Of a stretch of 64,000 nt of DNA, positions 46,135 to 55,436 are shown piece by piece. The stretch is taken from positions 288,001 through 352,000 of the forward strand of contig CAXXYE010000007.1 in assembly GCA_963674865.2 (NCBI GenBank). The letters are read 5' to 3'. The notes below the pieces were generated by a model, which saw only the letters and a list, made by a program, of their open reading frames with translations, was not told the DNA's origin and made no database searches. This DNA comes from Candidatus Hydrogenedentota bacterium (lineage in GTDB: Bacteria; Hydrogenedentota; Hydrogenedentia; Hydrogenedentales; SLHB01). The position numbers were made by a program, and so were the translations under genes. Every line of letters starts with the position of its first letter. Within the stretch, counting starts at the first letter, position 1.

Positions 46135-47856
46135 CTATTTCCAAGGGCTGCCGCACAGGACAAGCGCCGGCTCCGATGAGGGCACTTCGAAGTGTACGGA
46201 GCATGCGCGAGTGTCTAGGTGCCTGGCCAGCCTATCAAAGCCATGCATTTCCGCCACATATTTGCCTGGCTCTAGACTTCCGCATGTGAGCAGCAGAGTG
46301 TTTGGTAATTCGTGCCAACCACGAATGTCGCCTTCCGGATGCGCGTGGTCCGCCAAGACTTTGGCAAGTTTGTAGATGGCCAAAGCCCCAACTGCCACGG
46401 CTACCGCGGGGCCCGCAGCGGCCATGCCAGCCGGTGCTGTTGACGTTGTTGTTGTGGTCGTCGCCGTCACCGCCCCCGTCGAACTCATCGTGTAGGTGAC
46501 AGTAGTAACCGTGGTTGTAACCATGGTTGTGGCGGCGACGCACGCGGCGACAACAGCTGCTGAAGCCACCCCAGAGGCCAGCATCGATGTAACGTTCATA
46601 GCGTCTCTAAACTGCGCCCTGCCCTTGAGGATGTGGTCCATTTCCCGTCCGCCCCGGGTCCTCGCCTGGTAGTCGATGGACTCGCCGGGCATTGCCAACG
46701 TAGCCCACGTAGGGGCGTGCGCCCCCTCTGAACTAACGGTGCAAAGTACTCGTTGTGCCCTGCAAGGATAGGAGCGGAACTGGATCTCTTCGCCATACTT
46801 GCCTCTACGGATCTTGGCTGGCGCCTGGCCAATCTGATGGATTATGAATGTGTTCATCTCCGGCAGGCTGCATTGCTCGACAAGGCGCTTGAAATCATCC
46901 ACGGAGGCCGTCGCAGCTTCAAGCGCCGCGTTTGATACAGACTTTGATACCGCCTCCTCGAATCTCGCGAGCAGGGCCAAGGCCTCATCCTTCTTGCCAT
47001 CACACGCCTTGAGGAATCTACGCCCCTGCGTATCCTCCTCCGGATCGTCCAATTCCGCGGCAGCAGATGAAAACACGGACTCGAAGATGACCTCGGGTGA
47101 GTCGTAGGCCGCTACCGCCGCCGGCAGATGGCTAAATGCTAGAGGGAACATCTCGTCCAAGCGCTTCAGCTCATTCTTGCTCGCCTTCTCAGGACGCAGT
47201 CTTCCCACGCCGCCGTAGAGAGCCTGCGAAAAAACGGGCATTCTCTGACGGAAGGCATAGGCCGATTCGGCCAAACGAAAGGCCTCTTCAGCCTGCCCCA
47301 TCTCCCCAAGGGTCTTGCTCGTGATACCTTCAAGCAACAGCGCTAAGTAACAATCCGACCTGTAGCCTTCTTGCTTGCTTCCCTCGTCGGCAACGGTAGC
47401 ACTTCTGAAGGAAGAGCGGGCAAGTTCATATTCACCCGTCTGAAAATCAAGAATCCCCAGGTAGAGATAGGCCATCATTTGTTCGTACGGATCACCGAGA
47501 AAATACTTTTCCTGCTCTTTACCGCCCAACGTCGCGAGCGCCTTTTTCTCACTGCGCGCAAACTCCTTGTCAGCAACTAGGCCCGCCATATTCTCCGTGG
47601 CTTCTATCAGTGTTTGTCGCGCTAAGTCCGGCCGGTCTGCGTCAAGCGCCATAGAGGCCAGTCGGAGTTGACAATCGACAATATCTCCTCTCTGTTTCTC
47701 GTCTTCAGCAACGGCGTTAACCCTAGCAATCTCTTGTTCAAGCGCTTGTGCCTTTGACTGTGGCAGCGTCGGGCTTACGCGACCTGCACACCCGATCGGC
47801 GAGATAATGAGAGCGACGATCAACAACCAAGAAATGAAACGTGAAGACCAGGACAT
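46135..47856 (-). CDS. TPR-like lipoprotein (COG3014-like)
   Basis: Lipobox PIGC; GDPYEQMMAYLYLG and DIRGWHELP motifs; sits upstream of the LpoB-like and YcfL-like genes. Confidence 0.65.
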   Translation of the reverse strand: MSWSSRFISWLLIVALIISPIGCAGRVSPTLPQSKAQALEQEIARVNAVAEDEKQRGDIVDCQLRLASMALDADRPDLARQTLIEATENMAGLVADKEFARSEKKALATLGGKEQEKYFLGDPYEQMMAYLYLGILDFQTGEYELARSSFRSATVADEGSKQEGYRSDCYLALLLEGITSKTLGEMGQAEEAFRLAESAYAFRQRMPVFSQALYGGVGRLRPEKASKNELKRLDEMFPLAFSHLPAAVAAYDSPEVIFESVFSSAAAELDDPEEDTQGRRFLKACDGKKDEALALLARFEEAVSKSVSNAALEAATASVDDFKRLVEQCSLPEMNTFIIHQIGQAPAKIRRGKYGEEIQFRSYPCRAQRVLCTVSSEGAHAPTWATLAMPGESIDYQARTRGGREMDHILKGRAQFRDAMNVTSMLASGVASAAVVAACVAATTMVTTTVTTVTYTMSSTGAVTATTTTTTSTAPAGMAAAGPAVAVAVGALAIYKLAKVLADHAHPEGDIRGWHELPNTLLLTCGSLEPGKYVAEMHGFDRLARHLDTRACSVHFEVPSSEPALVLCGSPWK

Positions 47857-48097
47857 GCTGGAGCCTCCTAAAAGAGGGTATCTAATTACTACGCAGCTTC
47901 ACGGTCCCCCTGTTGCTTCAGACCAAACGCCATTCCCCCAAACCGAAACGGCCCAAGACCGTCGACCTTGCGGGGACAGAGAGGTGAACCGCACCCCTGA
48001 TTCCCTCAGGTACCCAACGATGCATCATGCCCCCTTCCCAAGGCCTTCCGACAAAGTCTCAGAAACTCCCTCTAGTTGCCGCTTGCAATGAAAAACA

Positions 48098-48126
48098 CTA
48101 ATAACATAAAAAGCATTTCATGTCAA
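48098..48126 (-). promoter_or_regulatory. Candidate sigma-70 promoter of the lipoprotein cluster
   Basis: Minus strand TTGACA-N17-TATTAG in an AT-rich intergenic stretch; the -10 is imperfect. Confidence 0.4.
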
Positions 48127-48172
48127 GGTGAAAATAGAGAATAACGCTATATGTCCAAGGACTTGGCTAAAT

Positions 48173-50938
48173 CTATGGCCCTTTTCTGACCACCCGAAAA
48201 CCATACTGGCAATTGGTCGAGTAGGCGTTGTCAAAGAAACGGCTCGTACTTCGGAGCCGACGGATAGGGGAGGAAGAACCGCCGCCTCGCAGCACATGTC
48301 GCGTGGTGCCGCCGGCAGTGCCCGTTGGATCATGTTGCGGACTTCGCCGGTAATAGTCCTTGTCGTAGAGGTCCATACACCACTCCCAGACGTTTCCTGC
48401 GAGATGGTACACGTCGGTGCCGGGGGTACCGCCCCTCGGGAAACTGTATACGGGTTTGAGCGAAGTAGACGGTACTACCCAAGGCTGGTCAAAGAGCGCC
48501 AGGCTCGGAGAAGGAACGCTATTGCCCCAAGGGTACACCCTCTGGGCTGCGCCCCGGGCCGCATACTCCCACTCTGCTTCCGTAGGTAGCCGGCAAGACC
48601 TGCCGGTCTTTCGTTCAAGCCACCGGCAAAACTCTAGAGCGCCGTACCAGGTGACCTCGTTAGCCGGATGGTATTCGCAACCCGAACGTGCGCGAAACCT
48701 GTCCCCCTCGCGGACGAGCGTACAGTCCTTACTCAGGCCGATGAGGCGGCTGCTCAAGGCGCCGCGCTCATTCAAGAAGGCGGCAAACTGAGTGGCCGTA
48801 ATTTCGTAGCGCGAGAGATAGAAATCAGACACTGTCACGGTGTGGACCGGCGCCTCGTCGGAATAGGCGTCGGGGGACTCGCTCCCCATGGCGAACGTGC
48901 CCCCTTTAATGAAGACCATCTCGGGATCGAGTGAGACGACTCCCGAAGGTGGGGACGCTGACAGAGACTCAAGCACGGCGGCATCCTCCTCAGGCGGGGG
49001 CGAGGACACCGTGGGGGGGCGCGCGTCAGTGGATACCGTTTCCGCAACCGAGTGCTCGCTATCTTCGGATGTCGTTTTCGCTGCCGGCATGGGTACCGCA
49101 ACAAGACTCTGTTCCTGTGCCTCTTCCTCCAAGAGCACGTAGGTCGTTGCAATGCATCTGGCCTCGCCAGTATTCCTCACGCGGCTGTTTACAGACGAGA
49201 CAGACATACTGCGTTCTAGGTTCGTGACATCAAAAAAGAACTTGAAAGCCTTCAGCGCGTTTATGAATGCATCGACTTGGTCTGACGTGCCCCGGGCCTC
49301 GACGTTGAACGGCACCTTCTCGACGCGCCCATTCCGTCTCCCAGCCAATGCCTCCAGTCTGAGTTGAACGCCCTTTTCCTCCGCCAGGCTCTCCAATAAC
49401 TTCGGCAGCAGAGGCAACTCCCGTTTTTTCGGCAAACGTCCGTCATTGGCGAGCCCCACCAACGTGTCGAGTGTTACAACCTGTTGGGCGGGTTCAGTGC
49501 CTTCTTTCACTGGCTCTGTCAGGTCCTCCTCTCCAACCGCTTCTTTAGAGGGCTGCTGGGCCGTGGCCGCCGTCCCTTCCGCTGCGCCGGTCAGCTCATC
49601 CTCGGTCATTGTTGCCCCGGACGTCTCGGCCTCCTCCAGCGCCAAGGGAGAGGTCATTCCCTTCGCTACGGGCCTCTTGTCCCCCGCGACGGCTGCAGCG
49701 TCCTCAAGCGGCTCTGTAGACGATGTCTCAGGTTCCGGCGGCTCCGCGACGGGGGCGCGTTCTTCCCCTTTCTCGATGGTCTCGCCCTGCAGCGACAGTG
49801 GGGGCTCCGGCCACGGTTCCGTCCCCGCAGGAGTACGTTTCTCCTGGCGTATGACCAGGAACAACGACAGGGCCAGTATGACCAAGGCGGTGGCCATCGG
49901 CACAGCCCATTTCACCTTGCTCCTTCGTTGCGTAGCACGGCCGAGAGCACTGCGCAGGGCGGACGCGGATTCGTAGCGTTCCTCTGCGTTTGGCTCCAGA
50001 CAGGTTAGGACAACGGTGTCGAGACCCTTCGGCGTCTCGGGACTTATCTGAGAAGGGCGTTTCACACGCCCCACCGGGATCTCCCCGGTCAGCATCTGGT
50101 AGAGGATAACCCCAAAAGAGTAGATGTCCGCGCGCTGGTCCAGCTCGCGGAGGTGGACGCCCTGTTCGGGGGCTTGGTAGTACGCCGTACCCAGGGCCAT
50201 GCTTGACTTGGCCAGGCGGCCCGGCGACATGAGTTTCGCCAGGCCGAAATCCAGCACCTTGATAGACCCGTCGGGCCGCACCATGATGTTCTGCGGCTTG
50301 AGGTCGCGATGGATGGTATTTCTGTGGGCGTACTCCAGGGCATCGCAGAGTTGGTGTGCGATGCCCAACGCCTCATCCACCGGCAGCCGCCCGCCGCGTT
50401 CCTGCAACAGGCGATGGAGCGTCCTTCCTTCGACGTACTCCATCGTGAAGAAGTAGAAGCCGCGGCGCTTGTCCGCCGCGAGGTCGTATACCCGCACGAT
50501 GTTGTCATGGCTCAACTGCTGGCTGATGGCCACCTCGGACCGGAACCGCTGCCGGGCGCCCTCGCTCCTGAGCAGCGACGGCAGCATCACCTTGAGGGCC
50601 TTCTCCAGGCCCAGGTGGCGGTCCTTCACATGGTAGACGGCGCCCATGCCGCCGAATCCGAGTTGCTTCACCACCTCGAATCGCTTGGCCACTACATCGC
50701 CCGTTTTCAGCAGGACGGCTTCTTGCTCCCGGATGAGGTCCGGGTCCAGTTCGCTCCCCTGGGGCAGGAACGGTTTGAGCTGATCCTCCGCCCACGTTGG
50801 CGACTCCCCTGCGGAGACCATCCCTGGGGCAAAAGCCTCCCCCGGTGCCCCTTCGGGCGCCTCGCCGGCCCCGCGGTCACCCTCCCAGCGCGTTGGGCTG
50901 TCGCCTTCGCTGTCTATCTCGGGCGGTTCATGTCTCAA
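48173..50938 (-). CDS. Receptor-like Ser/Thr kinase: kinase-TM-linker-PilO-like domain-FGE-sulfatase
   Basis: Kinase nearly identical to that of 28170-31094; TM; ferredoxin-like PilO pattern; RLPTEAEWEYAARG, GNVWEWC. Confidence 0.88.
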   Translation of the reverse strand: MRHEPPEIDSEGDSPTRWEGDRGAGEAPEGAPGEAFAPGMVSAGESPTWAEDQLKPFLPQGSELDPDLIREQEAVLLKTGDVVAKRFEVVKQLGFGGMGAVYHVKDRHLGLEKALKVMLPSLLRSEGARQRFRSEVAISQQLSHDNIVRVYDLAADKRRGFYFFTMEYVEGRTLHRLLQERGGRLPVDEALGIAHQLCDALEYAHRNTIHRDLKPQNIMVRPDGSIKVLDFGLAKLMSPGRLAKSSMALGTAYYQAPEQGVHLRELDQRADIYSFGVILYQMLTGEIPVGRVKRPSQISPETPKGLDTVVLTCLEPNAEERYESASALRSALGRATQRRSKVKWAVPMATALVILALSLFLVIRQEKRTPAGTEPWPEPPLSLQGETIEKGEERAPVAEPPEPETSSTEPLEDAAAVAGDKRPVAKGMTSPLALEEAETSGATMTEDELTGAAEGTAATAQQPSKEAVGEEDLTEPVKEGTEPAQQVVTLDTLVGLANDGRLPKKRELPLLPKLLESLAEEKGVQLRLEALAGRRNGRVEKVPFNVEARGTSDQVDAFINALKAFKFFFDVTNLERSMSVSSVNSRVRNTGEARCIATTYVLLEEEAQEQSLVAVPMPAAKTTSEDSEHSVAETVSTDARPPTVSSPPPEEDAAVLESLSASPPSGVVSLDPEMVFIKGGTFAMGSESPDAYSDEAPVHTVTVSDFYLSRYEITATQFAAFLNERGALSSRLIGLSKDCTLVREGDRFRARSGCEYHPANEVTWYGALEFCRWLERKTGRSCRLPTEAEWEYAARGAAQRVYPWGNSVPSPSLALFDQPWVVPSTSLKPVYSFPRGGTPGTDVYHLAGNVWEWCMDLYDKDYYRRSPQHDPTGTAGGTTRHVLRGGGSSSPIRRLRSTSRFFDNAYSTNCQYGFRVVRKGP

Positions 50939-51084
50939 TGGCCCCCATGCTCCCCTTCTCGCCTCCCGTCACGGGCCAGTATAAGTAGACAGGGACGGGT
51001 CTGGCAACTCCACCGGCTGACACGGAGCATTCGCGAACGAAGCCATACTCAACCGTGGCGGTCCCTACATTTAGCTAACTCCAC

Positions 51085-51116
51085 AAAGAAAAGGCAGGAG
51101 TGTTCCCACTCCTGCC
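51085..51116 (-). terminator. Rho-independent terminator
   Basis: 10-bp stem ggcaggagtg/cactcctgcc, 4-nt loop, followed by TTTTCTTT on the minus strand, just after the PASTA/LamG gene. Confidence 0.8.
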
Positions 51117-51149
51117 GAAATCGTCATCTTCTGTCGCCGGATTCACCTT

Positions 51150-53990
51150 TTACCAAGTGACCTGCCAGAAATCCGCGATGCCGCTACTGTCCTCGTCGCT
51201 GGCCAGTGCGTGAACTTCACCTGCCGAGAGCGCGCGATCGAAGATCACCGCTTCATCGAATCGGCCGACGATACGGCTGCTCCAGCCCTGCGTGAAGTTG
51301 TGGCGCCCGAAATACAGCGGCTCGGCGTCGGGAACATCCACCGTCCAACTGACTCCTGAATCGTGCTGCTTGCATGCAAGCAAGTTGCCGCTGCTGTCAT
51401 GGAGATAGAAGACCGAGTAGCCGTCCTGGAACACGCCAGTGAGGTGATACCAACGGTTCTGCGGCGCGCCATCATATTGTGCGCCCGTCCAAAGGCCCCC
51501 GCCGTTAACGCCGTCCGGATTGCGGCTGAACGTGGCGTACAATTCGTTGCCCCCGCCTTCGACGAGGCCGTACCAATCCTGGGTGCCCCAGAAATCATCT
51601 TTTCCGCGTCCCATGATCAACTCGCTGCCGATGGGGTGGGTGTTCTCCGGATAGAACCAGCACGAGATGGTCATCTCGTTGAGGTTATCCAGTAGCGGCG
51701 ACGGGGCGACCTCCATGTAGGTGTTGTCAACGCGATAGGCTCCGCCCATGCGTCCTGGTGCTGATGCGCCCCCTACGGCGTCTAGTCCGTTGCCGCTGTA
51801 GTCCCTTGTGTCGGTGTCAAACGGCCAGTATGCAATACACCCAACAGACGCGAAATCGTATCCCGCGTACCAAGGCTCGCCATAGTCGTACTCCCAGAAG
51901 TCCGCGATGCCGCTACTGTCCTCGTCGCTGGCCAGTGCGTGAACTTCACCTGCCGAGAGCGCGCGATCGAAGATCACCGCTTCATCGAATCGGCCGACGA
52001 TACGGCTGCTCCAGCCCTGCGTGAAGTTGTGGCGCCCGAAATACAGCGGCTCGGCGTCGGGAACATCCACCGTCCAACTGGCTCCTGAATCGTGCTGCTT
52101 GCATGCAAGCAAGTTGCCGCTGCTGTCATGGAGATAGAAGACCGAGTAGCCGTCCTGGAACACGCCAGTGAGGTGATACCAACGGTTCTGCGGCGCGCCA
52201 TCATATTGTGCGCCCGTCCAAAGGCCCCCGCCGTTAACGCCGTCCGGATTGCGGCTGAACGTGGCGTACAATTCGTTGCCCCCGCCTTCGACGAGGCCGT
52301 ACCAATCCTGGGTGCCCCAGAAATCATCTTTTCCGCGTCCCATGATCAACTCGCTGCCGATTGGGTGGGTGTTCTCCGGATAGAACCAGCACGAGATGGT
52401 CATCTCGTTGAGGTTATCCAGTAGCGGCGACGGGGCGACCTCCATGTAGGTGTTGTCAACGCGATAGGCTCCGCCCATGCGTCCTGGTGCTGATGCGCCC
52501 CCTACGGCGTCTAGTCCGTTGCCGCTGTAGTCCCTTGTGTCGGTGTCAAACGGCCAGTATGCAATACACCCAACTGACGCGAAATCGTATCCCGCGTACC
52601 AATCATTCTCTGCGGACCCCAACGAAATGACCAGGTCGACGGTGTCCCCACAGTGCGTAGTCACGCCTCCTGCCGGGCTCTGACGGATGACACGCCCTTC
52701 CGTCACGCTTTCGCTATGCTCCATCGAAACCGTTCCAACCATAAGATGATTTGACTCAACGGTTTCTTCGGCATCCGCTTGAGGCATACTCACCACATTC
52801 GGGACTACCACGCTATCCAGCGCGAAATGGGCTGACACGACCATATCCTCGTTGAGGAGAATGCTCCTGGGGTTGGCCGTTCCCGTCAAAGCGCCCGACC
52901 AGTTCGAGAACACTGTGTCGGCGTCTCCCGGAATAGCGGCCAACGTCACCACCGTGCCCACTTCGTAGCCGTTTGGACCAGGCCATGGATACGGCACAAC
53001 GTTGCCGTTCCCGCTGACGTTCACCGTCAGTTGACAAAAGGCAGGTTCATCTTGCCCTAAGGAAATAGCCAAATCGACGCTGCTCCCCCTTCCGACGTAC
53101 AAGCCCGCATTCGGATCCTGAGTGACTACCTGGCCCTGGGGAATCGTATTGCTATACACCTGCGAGACCCTGCCGACGCACAGGTAGGCCGATTCGATAG
53201 CAGAACGTGCCGCTCCTTCAGTCATGCCAACCACGTTTGGGATTGTCACGCCGTCCAGCGCGAAATGGGCTGACACGATCATATCCTCGTTGAGGAGAAT
53301 GCTCCTGGGATTGGCCGTTCCCGTTAGGGCGCCCGACCAGTGTGAGAAGACTGTGTTGGCATCGCCCGGAATAGCCGTCAAGGTCACTAGCGTCCCCACC
53401 TCATAGCCGTCTTGACCAGGCCCCGGGTATTGCACAACATCGCCATTCCCGCTGGTACTGATCGTCAGTTGACAGTATGCAGGCTCATTTTGGCCTTGGG
53501 CGACAACCAAGTTGACGCTGCTGCCTTCCTGAACAGAAAGGCCTGCAGTGGGATTCTGAGCGACCACATGCCCCTCAGGGACCGCACCGCTGTAAGCGTA
53601 AGAGACCGTGCCGACATGTAGGCCGGCCAATTCAATCGCTGACCGCGCTGCTTCTTGAGCCATGCTCGCGACCGACGGGACCTCCACCAAATGTGATTGT
53701 CCTGTCCCAGTTGACACGATGAGATTCACGGAAGTACCCATCTGAACGAGGACTCCCGCAGCCGGGCTTTGCAGGACGACATGTCCCTTTGGCACGGAGT
53801 CGTTCGGGCTCTGAGTGACGGCCCCCACGGAAAGACCGGCTGATTGAATCGTCGCTTCCGCAGACGAGTGGTCCATGCTTGTTACGTTCGGAACGCTTAC
53901 GACGGACCCGGTCGGACACCCTAAGAGCGCAGTCAGCGCGGCCAGAACAAGAGATGAGGCAGCAATTCGAGCAAGGCGTGTGCAGAACAT
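51150..53990 (-). CDS. Surface lipoprotein: four PASTA, two InlB-B-repeat-like and two LamG/ConA-like domains
   Basis: AAGGAGG RBS; lipobox LLGC; VPNV..A...I....L.VG.V...S..VP.G.V..Q.P units; VTLTAIP..FSHWSGALTG; AYWPFD..D.SGNG..RWYHL..GRFDEAVIFDRALSAGEV. Confidence 0.9.
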   Translation of the reverse strand: MFCTRLARIAASSLVLAALTALLGCPTGSVVSVPNVTSMDHSSAEATIQSAGLSVGAVTQSPNDSVPKGHVVLQSPAAGVLVQMGTSVNLIVSTGTGQSHLVEVPSVASMAQEAARSAIELAGLHVGTVSYAYSGAVPEGHVVAQNPTAGLSVQEGSSVNLVVAQGQNEPAYCQLTISTSGNGDVVQYPGPGQDGYEVGTLVTLTAIPGDANTVFSHWSGALTGTANPRSILLNEDMIVSAHFALDGVTIPNVVGMTEGAARSAIESAYLCVGRVSQVYSNTIPQGQVVTQDPNAGLYVGRGSSVDLAISLGQDEPAFCQLTVNVSGNGNVVPYPWPGPNGYEVGTVVTLAAIPGDADTVFSNWSGALTGTANPRSILLNEDMVVSAHFALDSVVVPNVVSMPQADAEETVESNHLMVGTVSMEHSESVTEGRVIRQSPAGGVTTHCGDTVDLVISLGSAENDWYAGYDFASVGCIAYWPFDTDTRDYSGNGLDAVGGASAPGRMGGAYRVDNTYMEVAPSPLLDNLNEMTISCWFYPENTHPIGSELIMGRGKDDFWGTQDWYGLVEGGGNELYATFSRNPDGVNGGGLWTGAQYDGAPQNRWYHLTGVFQDGYSVFYLHDSSGNLLACKQHDSGASWTVDVPDAEPLYFGRHNFTQGWSSRIVGRFDEAVIFDRALSAGEVHALASDEDSSGIADFWEYDYGEPWYAGYDFASVGCIAYWPFDTDTRDYSGNGLDAVGGASAPGRMGGAYRVDNTYMEVAPSPLLDNLNEMTISCWFYPENTHPIGSELIMGRGKDDFWGTQDWYGLVEGGGNELYATFSRNPDGVNGGGLWTGAQYDGAPQNRWYHLTGVFQDGYSVFYLHDSSGNLLACKQHDSGVSWTVDVPDAEPLYFGRHNFTQGWSSRIVGRFDEAVIFDRALSAGEVHALASDEDSSGIADFWQVTW
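51165..52602. repeat. Near-perfect tandem duplication of the LamG domain (period 729 bp)
   Basis: 51165-51873 versus 51894-52602; only about four mismatches seen by eye. Confidence 0.92.
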
Positions 53991-54036
53991 AGCGTTTCCC
54001 TCCTTACGCAATGGCTTCGGTTCGCGGATAGAGAAG

Positions 54037-54052
54037 CGCAAACCGCGTGCCA
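54037..54052 (-). promoter_or_regulatory. Sigma-54 promoter of the PASTA/LamG gene
   Basis: Minus strand TGGCACGCGGTTTGCG, a near-consensus -24/-12. Confidence 0.75.
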
Positions 54053-54058
54053 AGCTTC

Positions 54059-54078
54059 ATGTGACTAACGCGTCACAT
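54059..54078. promoter_or_regulatory. Palindromic operator-like site
   Basis: ATGTGAC-N6-GTCACAT next to the -24 element. Confidence 0.5.
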
Positions 54079-54160
54079 CGGAAGGTTTGTACACGTAGTA
54101 ATAGGAAGAAGGAGCTGATCGTTGAACCGAAAGGAGAGACTCCTACGATGCGAAATGAAG

Positions 54161-55345
54161 CTACTGAAGCTTACTGAGTGATGCGCGGGCCTTTAGGCTC
54201 CCAACAATGGAAGGGCCTTTGTGAACCTTCTCGGCCCATAGCGCATCAGATAGAGGACGTCTAATCCACTGACCGTGGCGTATGCTTCTCACCTTCAAGG
54301 ACACATCGTCTAGATAGATGAGGTCGCCCGACTGCACCTTTTCGGCCGTCCCGATCTCGAGGGCGTGTTCGTTCAGCCGTGTCGTAGGGGGATCGCACGG
54401 GTCTTGAACGGACCATTGCCCTTGCTTGTCTAGGCAAAGCGTGCATTGTCCCCTTGAGGAGGCCGAACTTAGGATAATGATTGATAGGAATCGGCTCTTG
54501 ATTTCCTCCTCAGGGGACTGACGACACGCCCCGGAACCTACTATCCAGAACTCCCCGCGGTTGAACGCTTCGGAGTAAGACGCGAAGAACAACAAAAGGG
54601 CCTCGTGCGTGCCGTCTATCGAAAGGTCCGCCAGCAGCCAGGATACGTTCTCGACCTCAGTGTAGGTGCGCCCCAAGTCCATGGGGGACATGACCAGAAC
54701 CGCGTCATCTGGCACCTCGTTAGGAAGAAAGATATGCTCCTTCCTAAACCACTGTTCCGCCACAAGGTACTTGGAGGCCATGGCCTTCACTCCGCATTGC
54801 TCTTTGAGTTCATGAATCGACTCTAAGACGTGCTGCAATAGACTTTCGGCGGCGGCCAAGGCCGGTGAGCGTCCGCTGTCAGCATGCCGGACCCGCACGC
54901 GCACCAGTTCCCAGTTCTCGAAGATGCATTCTACTTCAACCTTGGCGCTGATACGGCAGCGGTACGTCGTGGTTTGGAATTCGCTGCAATACGTTTTGTC
55001 CCCGTAGCCGAGTTCATGGCTGTCCGGGCGGGACTGTAAGTCCTCCTCTAGTGGGTCCAGTATGCTTCGGATGAAACTGAGGCGAGGAATGATCCGGTCA
55101 AACAACGCACCGATTGGGCCGCTCCATGAGGATTCCGTCTTGTAGCCGGGTTCCCGTTTGTATACCGTGGCCTTGCGGTAGGTCACAGGAAACGCTTGCC
55201 CAGTCGGTGCGCAAACAAGCTGATAGCCGCCCGCGCCATCGTGCCGCAAGACGAAGGCCTTCCCCTCGGCGCGCGTGGGGTGGTCGCCTGCGCTCGGCAT
55301 GTCCTGCGGTTCGCGATACATCTTTCCCAGTTTCCCTTCCACCAC
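54161..55345 (-). CDS. Hypothetical protein with degenerate C-terminal FHA-like domain
   Basis: WIVGS..SRGQCTL..WSVQD..TRLN..VQSGDLIYLDDVSLKV; start uncertain. Confidence 0.55.
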   Translation of the reverse strand: MVEGKLGKMYREPQDMPSAGDHPTRAEGKAFVLRHDGAGGYQLVCAPTGQAFPVTYRKATVYKREPGYKTESSWSGPIGALFDRIIPRLSFIRSILDPLEEDLQSRPDSHELGYGDKTYCSEFQTTTYRCRISAKVEVECIFENWELVRVRVRHADSGRSPALAAAESLLQHVLESIHELKEQCGVKAMASKYLVAEQWFRKEHIFLPNEVPDDAVLVMSPMDLGRTYTEVENVSWLLADLSIDGTHEALLLFFASYSEAFNRGEFWIVGSGACRQSPEEEIKSRFLSIIILSSASSRGQCTLCLDKQGQWSVQDPCDPPTTRLNEHALEIGTAEKVQSGDLIYLDDVSLKVRSIRHGQWIRRPLSDALWAEKVHKGPSIVGSLKARASLSKLQ

Positions 55346-55436
55346 TGGCCGGTTAGATTAGCAGAGGCTCAGCAAGCGGGCCAAATGTCGGCGCGTTCTT
55401 GCCGCGATGACCCCAATCTGAGGCCTTCCATCCGGC

